NCBI GenBank assembly: GCA_044506615.1
Contig: JBIQKJ010000005.1
Span: 67,344-131,343, forward strand
Length of the DNA: 64,000 nt
Reading direction: 5' to 3'
Origin: Chloroflexota bacterium
GTDB taxonomy: Bacteria > Chloroflexota > Limnocylindria > Limnocylindrales > CSP1-4
Shown here: positions 38,930 through 48,984 of the stretch, piece by piece
How the letters are laid out: each line of letters starts with the position of its first letter
How positions within the stretch are numbered: position 1 is the first letter of the stretch
The notes under the pieces: generated by a model
The model's input: only the letters and a program-made list of their open reading frames with translations
What the model was told of the DNA's origin: nothing
Databases searched by the model: none
Program-made: the position numbers and the translations under genes

Positions 38930-40741
38930 ATGCTCGCGACCCGCGACGAACCGACCGAGTCCGGCGGCGCCCCGGCGACACCGGAGACTCCGGCGGCACC
39001 CGATTCCCCTCGACCGCAAAAGCGCCGCCCGCGGATCGCGTACCTGTCCTACTCGACGGCCGAGTTCGATTCGCGCACCCAGCGCATGGCCCGCTCGGCA
39101 CTCGACGCGGGCTACGACGTCGTCGTCTACGCACGCTGGCAGCCCGGGGTGCCGCCGACCGAGGAGGCCGACGGGTACCGGATCATCCGCGTTCCGTTCG
39201 ACTGGCGGCTCGCGTTCCCGATCTGGCGACGACGGGCGATGCGCCGTCAGAAGCGCCGGATGGCGGATCCCGCGAACCACGTGCCGAAGCCCGCTCTCCC
39301 GCCGCTCGACGGCGGCACGGACGGAACCGAGCAGGCCGAGGCCGCAGAGGCGGCGGCTGCCGAGGCGGAGGGTGTCGACGAGGCGGAGGGTGTCGACGAG
39401 GCGTCGATGGACCAGGCGGCGGCCATCGGAGCGGGCACGGTTGCGCCCGAGACCGTCGCAGACCCCGCCCTCGGGGCCGCCGAGCACGCCGCTCCGTCCG
39501 ACGAGGACGCCGATCGCGAGTCAGCGGTCGCGGTGCGCCGCCGCAAGCGCGCAACGTTCCTGTGGCGCACCACGAGGCGCCTGCCCCGACCACTGCGTCG
39601 ACCCGCGCTGCGCACCCTCCGGCCGCTGCGCGCGGTGGTTCGCCCGATCTGGCGCGTCGTCCGGTCGCCGAATCGCTCGACCCGCCGCTACCGACCGTCA
39701 CGGCCCGTGAAGCGGACCTCGCCCGAGCTGACCCGAACGATGCGCGGCAAGATCGACCAGTTCCGCCGCCAGGCCATCCTCTTCCCGTTCCGCCCCATGG
39801 GCTGGGCATGGGCGCTCGAGGAGGTCGTCGAGCCGGCCGACGTCTGGCACGGCATGTGGGCGGGCTCGCTCCCGGCGCAGATGCGGCTGCGCAAGCGCTT
39901 CGGTGGCCGCACGATCTACGACAGCCGCGACGTCTACATGCACGCGCGCACCTTCGGCTCGATGGGGCCGACGATGCGCCGCGTGTTCGAGATCGTCGAG
40001 CGCCGCTGGGCCCAGGCCGCCGACACCGTGCTGACCGTCAACGAGGCGTACGCCTCGATCCTCGAGCGCAGCCTGCGCGTGCCGCGACCACCGATCGTGA
40101 TGAACTGCCCGGCACGCTGGACACCGCCCGAGCCGCGCCCGGACCTCCTGCGCGAGGCGATCGGGCTCGATGCGGCGACGCGCGTCGTGCTCTACCAGGG
40201 CAACCTGATGACCGAGCGCGGGATCGAGGAGTCGATGGACGCGATCCTCGACGTGCCGAACGCGGTGCTCGCGCTGCTCGGCTACGGTCCACAGCGGTCG
40301 AACTACGCGGAGCGTGCCGCCGCCCCGCCGTACGCCGGCAAGGTGTTCGTCCTGCCGGCCGTGCCGCCGTCGGAGCTCCTGACCTGGACCGCGAGCGCGG
40401 ACGTCCTCGTGATGGCGATCCAGCCGACGACGCTCAACCATCGATACACGACGCCGCAGAAGCTGTTCGAGGCATGCGCGGCGGGCGTGCCGGTCGTCGC
40501 CTCGGACCTGCCCGGCATGGCGGAGGTCGTCAATGCGACCGGGGCCGGCGTGTTGTGCGACCCGACGTCGCCGGCCGATGTCGCGGCGGCGCTCCGGCGC
40601 GTGCTCGATGCTCCCCCGGAGGAGCGAGCGCGCTGGTCGGGGGCGGCGCTCCAGGCGGCCCACACGACGTACAACTGGGAGACCCAGGTGGAGACGCTGC
40701 TCGACGTCTACCGCCGGCTCGTCGCCGCGGGTCGCGGCTGA
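38930..40741 (+). CDS. GT4-like glycosyltransferase with ~190-aa low-complexity (Ala/Glu/Arg-rich) insertion between the two Rossmann halves
   Basis: N-half RIAYLSYSTAEFDSR...; C-half ...VLYQGNLMTERGIEE...PQKLFEACAAGVPVVASD; insert contains a 2 x 21-bp tandem repeat (~39358-39400). Confidence 0.7.
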   Translation: MLATRDEPTESGGAPATPETPAAPDSPRPQKRRPRIAYLSYSTAEFDSRTQRMARSALDAGYDVVVYARWQPGVPPTEEADGYRIIRVPFDWRLAFPIWRRRAMRRQKRRMADPANHVPKPALPPLDGGTDGTEQAEAAEAAAAEAEGVDEAEGVDEASMDQAAAIGAGTVAPETVADPALGAAEHAAPSDEDADRESAVAVRRRKRATFLWRTTRRLPRPLRRPALRTLRPLRAVVRPIWRVVRSPNRSTRRYRPSRPVKRTSPELTRTMRGKIDQFRRQAILFPFRPMGWAWALEEVVEPADVWHGMWAGSLPAQMRLRKRFGGRTIYDSRDVYMHARTFGSMGPTMRRVFEIVERRWAQAADTVLTVNEAYASILERSLRVPRPPIVMNCPARWTPPEPRPDLLREAIGLDAATRVVLYQGNLMTERGIEESMDAILDVPNAVLALLGYGPQRSNYAERAAAPPYAGKVFVLPAVPPSELLTWTASADVLVMAIQPTTLNHRYTTPQKLFEACAAGVPVVASDLPGMAEVVNATGAGVLCDPTSPADVAAALRRVLDAPPEERARWSGAALQAAHTTYNWETQVETLLDVYRRLVAAGRG

Positions 40742-40852
40742 GCGGTCAGGGTGCCCCGGGAGCGTGATCGATCGGTGCCTGTATTCTCGGCCCATTCCGT
40801 CCGACGCTGATTCGCGCGGCGCGCACGGTGCGCCGCGCGCCTTGGAGGTTCC

Positions 40853-42157
40853 GTGACCCAGGATCGCCGCGTGGCCGTCATCGGCCTTGGCTATGTCGGC
40901 CTGCCGCTCGCCATCGCGTTCGTCGAGGCGGGACTCGACGTCGAGGGCATCGACGCGTCGCCGGCCCGCGTCGCCGAGCTGTGCTCCCGGCGCTCGCCGA
41001 TCGACGACGTCTCCGACGAGCGGCTGTCGGCCGCGTTGGACCGGGGGCTGACGGTGGTTCCCACGATCGACGCCCACCTCCGCGACGCCGACGCCGTGTT
41101 CGTGTGCGTCCCGACCCCGATCACGACGACCAAGGACCCGGACCTCGGACCGGTGCTGTCGGCCGGCGCGTTCATCCGCGAGCACGTCCGGGCGGGTCAG
41201 CTCATCGTCCTGCAGTCGACGACGTACCCCGGGACCACGACCGGGCCGTTCCGGGCCGAGATCGAGCGCAGCGGGCTGAAGGCCGGAACCGACTTCGATC
41301 TCGCGTTCGCCCCGGAGCGCGTCAACCCGGGCGACCCCGCCAGCGCCTCGAAGGGCGTCCCCCGGCTGGTCGGCGCGACGACGCGCGAGGGGACCGCCCG
41401 CGCGGCGGCGCTGCTGCGCAACGTCAACGACCAGGTGGTCGAGCTGTCCTCGCCGGACGCGGCCGAGCTCGCCAAGCTCCTCGAGAACGTCTTCCGCAAC
41501 ATCAACATCGCCTTCGTCAACCAGCTTGCGCTGCTGTGCGAGCGGATGGGCCTCGACGTCTGGGAGGTGATCGACGCCGCCGCGACGAAGCCGTTCGGGT
41601 TCATGCGGTTCACGCCGGGACCGGGCGTCGGTGGGCACTGCATCCCGGTGGACCCCTACTACCTCGCGTGGCGAGCCCGCGAGTTCGACTTCACCGATCG
41701 GTTCATTGAGGCGGCCGGCGACATCAACTTCGCGATGCCCCGGCACGTCGTCGACCTCACCGGTGAGGCGCTCAACGAGCGCGGTCGCGCGATCAAGGGC
41801 TCGAAGGTCGGCGTGCTCGGAGTCGCCTTCAAGCCGAACGTCCAGGACGCCCGCAACTCGCCGGCCGCCGACGTGCTCGCGGGCATCGCCGAGCGCGGCG
41901 CGGAGGTCCGCTTCCACGACCCGCACGTCCCGGAGTTCCGTGACGCGGCGGGTGCGGTTCGGACGAACACGGACCTCGACGAGCTTCTCGGCTGGGCCGA
42001 CGTCGTCGTGGTCGTCACTCCCCACCGGGCGATCGACTGGGACGTCGTCTACGACCGGGCCGATCTCGTCGTCGACACCGTCAACAGCTCGGCGGGACGG
42101 GCCGTTCGGCCGCGCCAGGTCCTGCGTCTCGGAGCCGGCTGGTCGAGCGAGGGCTGA
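40853..42157 (+). CDS. Nucleotide-sugar 6-dehydrogenase (UDP-N-acetyl-D-mannosamine/glucosamine dehydrogenase-like, WecC/WbpA family)
   Basis: VAVIGLGYVGLPLA Rossmann, GGHCIP catalytic Cys, C-terminal UDP-binding domain. Confidence 0.85.
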   Translation: MTQDRRVAVIGLGYVGLPLAIAFVEAGLDVEGIDASPARVAELCSRRSPIDDVSDERLSAALDRGLTVVPTIDAHLRDADAVFVCVPTPITTTKDPDLGPVLSAGAFIREHVRAGQLIVLQSTTYPGTTTGPFRAEIERSGLKAGTDFDLAFAPERVNPGDPASASKGVPRLVGATTREGTARAAALLRNVNDQVVELSSPDAAELAKLLENVFRNINIAFVNQLALLCERMGLDVWEVIDAAATKPFGFMRFTPGPGVGGHCIPVDPYYLAWRAREFDFTDRFIEAAGDINFAMPRHVVDLTGEALNERGRAIKGSKVGVLGVAFKPNVQDARNSPAADVLAGIAERGAEVRFHDPHVPEFRDAAGAVRTNTDLDELLGWADVVVVVTPHRAIDWDVVYDRADLVVDTVNSSAGRAVRPRQVLRLGAGWSSEG

Positions 42158-42201
42158 GGAGCCGTGGCGCGCCGCGATTCCGTTCTGGCTATGCTCGGCG
42201 G

Positions 42202-44424
42202 ATGGGCGGCGCCACGCCGGCGAGGGACCGGGCCACGGGTGCCGCCGAACGGGGAGCGTCCGTGACGACCGCGACCACCGCGACGCACGTCCTGCGGATC
42301 AGCCACGCTGCGCGGGCGCCTGGACCCGACGAGGTCGTGCTCGTCACCGACACGACCTGGACACCGCGTGCCGGAGAGGCGCAATCGGGCCGCGTCATCT
42401 CGTTGCGCGATGTCGCCGAGCGCGTGATGCGCGAGCGCGACGTGATCGCCGAGACGGCCGGCCTCCTCGACGACTGGGCCGAGTCGACCGGCATCGCCGA
42501 GCTCCTCGCGGTGGACGGGACCTCGTTCTGGTACGGGATGCGCCTCCGCCACTGGACGTGGCTGCTCGACCAGCTGCTGTGGATCACGATCCTCGACGAC
42601 GTGCTGGCGGGTGCGGGCCCGCGTGCGATCGCGATCGAGCACGGCGTCGACGAGGGCCTCGTCGAGGCGGGACGGCTGGTGGCGGCGCGGGACGGCCTGC
42701 GCTTCGAGCCGCCACCGCCGGTCGCGGTCGCGGCGAGCGCGCCGGCCGGCCCGCCGGCGGCGGATGCGGCCGCTGCGGACGATCTCGACGCCGATCCGCC
42801 GGACCACCAACCGGCCGATCCCCCGGCCGCCGCCAGGGTGTCCGCCCACGCCGACGCACCACGAGCCCCGGTTGCACGCGTGGGCGCGCCTCGTCGGAAG
42901 GGCCAGGGCAAGGGCAGGCGCAGGGGCGGTGCCAGGGGGATCGTGAGGCGGATCCGACGACGGATCAGCGGTGCACGCCAGGAGTCCCAGCGGCTGCCGC
43001 GCGCCCCGGAGCCGCCGCGCGAGCCGATCCTGCAGCGGCTGAACCAGTCCCTGCGCGACCGATTCTTCCCACCGGAGCCGGAGCGCCGCCGACGGCTCGC
43101 GCTCAAGCGCCTCGACAGGATCGCGAACAGCAGGGTCCGGCCGCTGCTCGTCGTCCAGGCGCACGTCCGGCAGCGTGTCGACACGCCCGCCGGCTCACGC
43201 CTCGTCAACACGTACCTCGGCCCGGTCCTGGACCGCCTCCGGGGTTCCGACCTCGATCCGGTCGAGCTCGACATCCGCGGCTTCCTGGAGGACGACGAGA
43301 CATGGGAGCGGCTCCGGGAGCAGGGCGGTGAGCGGATGCTGCCGGCCGACGTCCTCACGATCGCCCAGGAGGATCCGGTCGTCCCGGGGCTGAAGGAGCG
43401 CGCAGCCGCCCTCTCGAACCGCCTCGCGACGCTCGACGCCCCGCTCGTCGTGTCCGGCATCGACCTGGGACCCGCGCTGGCGCGCCGCGTCGCCCAGCGC
43501 TCGCGTGCCGCGCTCGTCCGGGCGATCGTCGATGTCGAGCGCATCAGGCGGCTGATCCGGCGCATCCGGCCGGCCGGGATCCTGCTGGCGGACGAGTACC
43601 ACCGCCAGGACTGGCTCGCGGCCGCCGCGCGGGAGCGGATCCCGACCGCAGCCATCCAGCACGGCGTCATCTACCGTTGGCACACCGGGTACATCCACCG
43701 GACGCGACCCGCCTCGTTGCGGCTGCCGAACCGCACCTACGTCTTCGGTGAGTGGGAGCGCGACCTGCTGGTCACGCACAGCGTGTACCGGCCCGACGAG
43801 GTCGTCGTCGGTGGCTCGCCACGGCTCGACCTCCACGATCCCGGGCCCGTCGACCGGGAGGCCGTCCGCGCGGAGATCGGCGTCGACCCTGAGGACCGGA
43901 TGGTCGTGCTCTCGGGCACCTGGGGGCCCATGTACCGCCGATTCCACTACCCGATCGCGCTCGCGCGCCTGTTCGACCGGAGCGTCGAACGCGTCCACCT
44001 GGTCGTCAAGCTCCATCCGTCCGAGCGGGACGAAGGACCGTACCGGGAGGCGATCGAGCGCCTGGCCGCCGCTCGCGGGTTCGCGCCGCCCCGGATCTCG
44101 GTGGTGCAGCGGGTGGATCTCTACCGGCTGCTCGCGGCGGCCGATGCCCACCTCGGGATCCACTCCACGGTCCTCACCGAGGCCGTCGTGACCGGCACGC
44201 GGAACCTCCTGGCGGACGTGCTCGCGGCGAGCGACCTGCTGGGCTACGTCGACGCGGGAGCCGCACACCCGGTCCGCTGCGCCGACGACCTCGAGGCCGC
44301 CCTCGCGCGCCCGCGCGAGGCGCTCACGTCGGGTTCGGCGCGTGAGGCGTTCCTGCGCGCGCACTTCGAGCCGGGGGAGGCCAGCCGCCGGATCGCGGAC
44401 GACCTCCTGGCATGGCTGCGCTGA
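42202..44424 (+). CDS. Large GT-B-like polymer-synthesis protein with TagF/KpsC-S-like C-terminal domain; candidate nonulosonate or alditol-phosphate transferase
   Basis: C-terminal VVLSGTWGPMYRRF...LVVKLHPSERDE echoes the YAPTxR / KxHP motifs of the two TagF homologues; translationally coupled to the downstream NeuA-NeuB fusion. Confidence 0.55.
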   Translation: MGGATPARDRATGAAERGASVTTATTATHVLRISHAARAPGPDEVVLVTDTTWTPRAGEAQSGRVISLRDVAERVMRERDVIAETAGLLDDWAESTGIAELLAVDGTSFWYGMRLRHWTWLLDQLLWITILDDVLAGAGPRAIAIEHGVDEGLVEAGRLVAARDGLRFEPPPPVAVAASAPAGPPAADAAAADDLDADPPDHQPADPPAAARVSAHADAPRAPVARVGAPRRKGQGKGRRRGGARGIVRRIRRRISGARQESQRLPRAPEPPREPILQRLNQSLRDRFFPPEPERRRRLALKRLDRIANSRVRPLLVVQAHVRQRVDTPAGSRLVNTYLGPVLDRLRGSDLDPVELDIRGFLEDDETWERLREQGGERMLPADVLTIAQEDPVVPGLKERAAALSNRLATLDAPLVVSGIDLGPALARRVAQRSRAALVRAIVDVERIRRLIRRIRPAGILLADEYHRQDWLAAAARERIPTAAIQHGVIYRWHTGYIHRTRPASLRLPNRTYVFGEWERDLLVTHSVYRPDEVVVGGSPRLDLHDPGPVDREAVRAEIGVDPEDRMVVLSGTWGPMYRRFHYPIALARLFDRSVERVHLVVKLHPSERDEGPYREAIERLAAARGFAPPRISVVQRVDLYRLLAAADAHLGIHSTVLTEAVVTGTRNLLADVLAASDLLGYVDAGAAHPVRCADDLEAALARPREALTSGSAREAFLRAHFEPGEASRRIADDLLAWLR

Positions 44425-46139
44425 GCAGTCCGCTCCTGTTCCTCGTGCCGGCGCGCGCCGGCAGCGTTCGGGTCCCGGGCAAGAACCTGCGGCTCGTGGC
44501 GGGCATCCCGCTCGTCGGGTGGGGGATCCGGATCGCACGGCTCGCGGCGGCACGGCTGCCCGGCGGACCGCACGTCGTCGCCTGCAGCACCGACGACGCG
44601 GAGATCGGAGCGGTTGCCACGGCCTGGGGCGCGGACGCGATCATCGCCCGGCCGCCCGCGCTTGCAACGGCGACCGCGACCTCGGTCGATGTCGCGATCC
44701 ACGCGCTCGACGAGCTGGCAACCCCCGGCTCCATGTTCCGTGCGGTCGTGCTCGTCCAGGCCACCTCCCCGCTGACCCATCCCGGGGACATGGTCGCGGC
44801 CGTCGAGCGCTTCGATGGCGGCGCCGACTCGGTGGTGAGCGTCACGCCCAGTCACCCGGCCGCGTGGCACCTGGGGCTCGAGGCCGGCGAGGGCGCCGAC
44901 GCGCACGACGATGTCCTCACCGGCGCCTTCTACGTCGTCGCGCCCGAGGTCCTGCGGACCCGGCGCCGGTTCGTCGAACCCGGGCGCACGGAGCCGTTCC
45001 GGGTCCCGCCCGATCGCTCGATCGACGTCGACGAGCCGCTCGACCTCGTGCTCGCCGAGGGCATCCTGGCGGCGCGCCCGGTCCGGCCGCTGTCGATCGG
45101 GGACCGTGCCGTCGGCGGGGGCCGAGCGTTCGTCATCGCGGAGGCCGGGGTCAACCACGACGGCCGCCCCGAGCTCGCCCATCGCCTGGTCGACGCGGCG
45201 GCGGACGCCGGCGCCGACGCCGTCAAGTTCCAGACGTTCGACCCCGCGGCGCTGGCCGCCGCCGACGCCCCGACCGCCGACTACCAGCGATCGCGCGGCG
45301 AGACCGGGAGCCAGCGGGCGATGCTCGAGCGGCTCGCGCTGCCCGCGGACGCCTGGCTCGCACTCCAGGCGCACGCCCGCGAGCGCGGTCTCGCCTTCCT
45401 CTCGACACCGTTCGACCTGGTGTCGGCGGACCTGCTCGATCGGCTCGACGTTCCCGCATTCAAGGTCGGCTCGGGCGAGCTCACGAACATCCCGTTCCTC
45501 GCGGCGCTCGCCCGTCGGGGCCGCCCGATGCTGGTCTCGACCGGGATGGCGACGATGGTCGAGGTCGCCGACGCCGTGGACGCGATCGCCTCGGCGGGCG
45601 ACCCGCCGCTCGCGCTGTTCCACTGCGTGTCGAGCTACCCGGCACGGCCGGAGGACGCCAACCTGCGGGCGATCGAGACCATGCGGCGCGCGTTCGGCGT
45701 GCCGGTCGGCTGGTCCGACCACACGCTCGGCGTCGAGCTCCCGCTGGCGGCGGTCGCCGCGGGCGCCGTGCTCGTCGAGAAGCACGTGACGCTCGACCGC
45801 ACGATGCCGGGTCCCGACCACGCGGCCTCGCTCGAGCCGGGGGAGCTGCGCGCGATGGTCGTCGGGATCCGGGCCGTCGAGGCCGCGCTCGGCACGGGGC
45901 GCAAGGAGCCCGTCCCGGCCGAGCAGCCGATCGCGCGCGTCGCCCGCCGCAGCCTCCATTGGCGGCGCGCCCTTCCCGCCGGCGCCGTGATCGCGGAGGC
46001 GGACCTCGTTGCGCTGCGCCCGGGGACCGGGCTGTCGCCGGCCCGCGCGGCGGGCCTGGTGGGTCGCCGCACACGACGCGCGGTGGAGGCGGGAGCGCTG
46101 GCCCTCGAGGACGACGCCGAGCCCGGGACGCCGCGGTGA
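44412..46139 (+). CDS. Fused acylneuraminate cytidylyltransferase (NeuA/LegF-like) + N-acylneuraminate-type nonulosonate synthase (NeuB/LegI-like)
   Basis: N-terminal LVPARAGSVRVPGKN (CMP-sugar synthetase motif); C-terminal AFVIAEAGVNHDG, KFQTF and SAF domain. Confidence 0.85.
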   Translation: MAALSSPLLFLVPARAGSVRVPGKNLRLVAGIPLVGWGIRIARLAAARLPGGPHVVACSTDDAEIGAVATAWGADAIIARPPALATATATSVDVAIHALDELATPGSMFRAVVLVQATSPLTHPGDMVAAVERFDGGADSVVSVTPSHPAAWHLGLEAGEGADAHDDVLTGAFYVVAPEVLRTRRRFVEPGRTEPFRVPPDRSIDVDEPLDLVLAEGILAARPVRPLSIGDRAVGGGRAFVIAEAGVNHDGRPELAHRLVDAAADAGADAVKFQTFDPAALAAADAPTADYQRSRGETGSQRAMLERLALPADAWLALQAHARERGLAFLSTPFDLVSADLLDRLDVPAFKVGSGELTNIPFLAALARRGRPMLVSTGMATMVEVADAVDAIASAGDPPLALFHCVSSYPARPEDANLRAIETMRRAFGVPVGWSDHTLGVELPLAAVAAGAVLVEKHVTLDRTMPGPDHAASLEPGELRAMVVGIRAVEAALGTGRKEPVPAEQPIARVARRSLHWRRALPAGAVIAEADLVALRPGTGLSPARAAGLVGRRTRRAVEAGALALEDDAEPGTPR

Positions 46140-47326
46140 GCGCGGCAGGAAGCGAGGGCAGCCGGCCGGTGTGTCGGGTGGCGGTCCTGACGACGGGCCG
46201 CCAGGATTGGGGGATCCTCCGCTCGACCTGCGAGGCGCTTCGGGACACCCCCGGCATCGAGCTCCGTGTGCTTGCCGGCGGGATGCACCTCTCGAATCGG
46301 CACGGTCGAACCGTCGAGCGTGTCCGGGAGGCAGGTTTCGAGCCCGTCGAGCTGGCGTGGCTGTCCGAGGCCGGCGACGACGCCCCGGATCGCCAGGCCG
46401 CCGAGGCCCTGGCGCGGATCGGGGAGGCGCTCCGGGACGATCCGCCCGACGCGCTGGTCCTCGTCGGGGATCGCTTCGAGACCGCCGCAGCGGCGTTGGC
46501 CGCGACCCTGGCCCGGGTCCCGATCGTCCATCTCCACGGCGGCGAGCAGTCGCTCGGCGCGTTCGACGACGCCCTCCGGCACGCGATCACGAAGCTCGCC
46601 CACCTCCACCTCGTGAGCGCCGACGAGCACGCTCACCGCGTCGTCGCGCTCGGCGAGGACCCGGGGAGCGTCCGCGTCGTCGGGGCCCCGGGTCTCGACA
46701 ACGCCTTCCGAGCCGACCTGCCGGACCGTGCGGCGCTCGAACGCGAGCTCGGGATCGCGCTCGTGCCGCCAGTCGTCCTCGTGACGGTCCACCCCGCCAC
46801 GCTCGACCCGGATCCGGCCGCGGTCGCCGACGCGGTCGCGGCTGCGATGGCTGCCGTCCCGGCGACGTACGTCGTGACGCTGCCGAACGTCGATCCGGGC
46901 GGGGAGCGGGTCCGCTCCACGCTCGTCGCGTCCGTGTCCGCGATCAGGGCAGCGGGGACCCCGGCTGTGGCGGTCGAGGCGCTCGGCGAGGTCCGCTACT
47001 GGGGGCTGCTGCGCCTCGCGGACGCGCTGCTCGGGAACAGCTCGAGCGGACTCGTCGAGGCGCCCGCCCTCCGCGTGCCGGCCGTGAACGTCGGCGATCG
47101 GCAGGCGGGTCGACTGCGCTGGCCGAGCGTCGTCGATGCGCCGGCCGACGCGCGTGCCGTGACCGAAGCGCTCCGCACGGCGCTCGACCCCGCCTTCCGA
47201 GACGGGCTCGACGGCGCGTCGACGCCGCTGGCGGACGGTCGGGCCGGGCGGCGCGTTGCCGATATCATCGCGGCATGGCGACCGACCAGGCCACCGCGCA
47301 AGCCGCCGGTCCGGATCGAGGGGTGA
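46136..47326 (+). CDS. UDP/GDP-N-acetylglucosamine 2-epimerase (hydrolysing), NeuC/LegG-like
   Basis: GTGA start/stop overlap; VHLHGGE, DRFET motifs of non-hydrolysing/hydrolysing 2-epimerase family. Confidence 0.8.
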   Translation: MSAAGSEGSRPVCRVAVLTTGRQDWGILRSTCEALRDTPGIELRVLAGGMHLSNRHGRTVERVREAGFEPVELAWLSEAGDDAPDRQAAEALARIGEALRDDPPDALVLVGDRFETAAAALAATLARVPIVHLHGGEQSLGAFDDALRHAITKLAHLHLVSADEHAHRVVALGEDPGSVRVVGAPGLDNAFRADLPDRAALERELGIALVPPVVLVTVHPATLDPDPAAVADAVAAAMAAVPATYVVTLPNVDPGGERVRSTLVASVSAIRAAGTPAVAVEALGEVRYWGLLRLADALLGNSSSGLVEAPALRVPAVNVGDRQAGRLRWPSVVDAPADARAVTEALRTALDPAFRDGLDGASTPLADGRAGRRVADIIAAWRPTRPPRKPPVRIEG

Positions 47327-47943
47327 CGCGCCGATCGCTCGTGATCCTCGGGGCGGGCGGTCACGCTCGCGTCGTTGCGGACGCCGCCCGCTCGGACCCG
47401 ACGGCGTGGGACTCGGTGGAGCTCGTCGACGCCGACGGGGACGCAGCGCTGCTGACACGGCTCCGGGAGCTGCCCGGCGACGAGCGGCCTGCGCTGGTGC
47501 TCGGCTTCGGTGCAACCCCGGCCGGCCGAAGGGCGGCGGTCGAGTGGTTCGGTGACACGGCGCGCTGGGCGTCGATCGTTCACGCGACCGCCTCCGTTTC
47601 GCCGAGCGCGGTGATCGAGCCCGGCGCGGTGGTGCTCGCTCGGGCGGTCGTGAACGCAGGCGCGACCGTCGGCCGCCACGCGATCGTCAACAGCGGCGCG
47701 ATCGTCGAGCACGACAGCGTGGTCGGCGCGTTCGCCCACCTCGCGCCCGGCGCTGTGCTCGGCGGCGGCGCGGCGGTCGGGGATCGCGCGACGATCGGCA
47801 TGGGCGCGCTGATCCGCGACCATCGGACCGTCGGGGAGGACGCGGTTGTCGGGATGGGCGCGGTGGTCGTGCGCGACGTGCCGCTCGGTCGGACGGTCGT
47901 CGGCAACCCCGCCGGTCCGCTGCGCGGCCGGCGGCCGGGCTGA
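47323..47943 (+). CDS. NeuD/LegH-like hexapeptide-repeat sugar N-/O-acetyltransferase
   Basis: LVILGAGGHARVV N-terminal Rossmann-like then LbH repeats; start GTG 47323 (alternatively ATG 47275). Confidence 0.7.
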   Translation: MTRRSLVILGAGGHARVVADAARSDPTAWDSVELVDADGDAALLTRLRELPGDERPALVLGFGATPAGRRAAVEWFGDTARWASIVHATASVSPSAVIEPGAVVLARAVVNAGATVGRHAIVNSGAIVEHDSVVGAFAHLAPGAVLGGGAAVGDRATIGMGALIRDHRTVGEDAVVGMGAVVVRDVPLGRTVVGNPAGPLRGRRPG

Positions 47944-47946
47944 CGG

Positions 47947-48984
47947 ATGGAGGGCTCGTTCCGAGACTGTCTCGTCTCCGAGGCGGGATCCATCCGCGAC
48001 GCGATGCGTGCGGTCGATCGCGGCGCGAGCGGGATCGCCCTCGCGGTGGACGACCGCGGCCGGCTCGTCGGCGTGGCCACGGACGGCGACCTCCGCCGCG
48101 CGCTGCTCGCCGGCACCGACCTCGGCGAGCCGCTCGCTCCGTCGCTCAACCGCTCGTTCGTCGCGCTGCGCCCCGGCCAGACCCGCTCGGACATCCTCGA
48201 GCTCATGCAGGCCCGCCGGATCCAGGCGATCCCGATCGTCGACGATCACGGGAGGCCGATCGGGCTCCACCTGCTGCGCACGTTCCTCACCGCGACGCCA
48301 CGCACGAACTGGGCGGTCATCATGGCCGGCGGACGTGGGGAGCGCCTGCGACCGCTCACCGATTCGATCCCGAAACCGATGCTTCGCGTCGCCGGCCGAC
48401 CCATCCTCGAACGGATCATCCTCCACCTCGTCGGCTTCGGGATCTCGCGGGTGTTCATCTCGATCGGGTACCAGGGGCACGTGATCGAGGGCCACTTCGG
48501 CGACGGCCACGCGTTCGGCTGCTCCATCGAGTACGTCCGCGAGGAGGAGCCGCTCGGGACCGCGGGCGCGCTCGCGCTCCTGCCCGAGCCGCCGAGCGAG
48601 CCGCTGCTGCTGCTCAACGGCGACCTCGTCACGAACGTCGACGTCGATGCGCTGTTCACGTTCCACGAGACCGGCGGCTACGCGGCGACGATCGGCACGC
48701 GACGGTACGTCCACACGATCCCGTTCGGGTGCGTCGAGCGGGACGAGGGACGCGTCGTCGGGCTCGTCGAGAAGCCGGCGATCGCGCGCGAGGTGAACGC
48801 CGGGATCTACGTCGTGGAGCCGTCGGTGGTGGCGCGGGTGCCCGTGGGCGAACCGAGCACGATGCCGGGGCTCCTCGAGGGCCTCATCGCCGACGGGCGC
48901 CCGGTCGGGGCGTTCGAGATCGACGGCGACTGGATCGACGTCGGGCAGCGCGACGAGCTGAACCGGGCGCGGGAGGGAACGTGA
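47947..48984 (+). CDS. CBS-domain-containing sugar-1-phosphate nucleotidyltransferase (PtmE-like GlcN-1-P guanylyltransferase candidate)
   Basis: Tandem CBS motifs then VIMAGGRGERLRPLTDSIPKP nucleotidyltransferase motif. Confidence 0.8.
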   Translation: MEGSFRDCLVSEAGSIRDAMRAVDRGASGIALAVDDRGRLVGVATDGDLRRALLAGTDLGEPLAPSLNRSFVALRPGQTRSDILELMQARRIQAIPIVDDHGRPIGLHLLRTFLTATPRTNWAVIMAGGRGERLRPLTDSIPKPMLRVAGRPILERIILHLVGFGISRVFISIGYQGHVIEGHFGDGHAFGCSIEYVREEEPLGTAGALALLPEPPSEPLLLLNGDLVTNVDVDALFTFHETGGYAATIGTRRYVHTIPFGCVERDEGRVVGLVEKPAIAREVNAGIYVVEPSVVARVPVGEPSTMPGLLEGLIADGRPVGAFEIDGDWIDVGQRDELNRAREGT

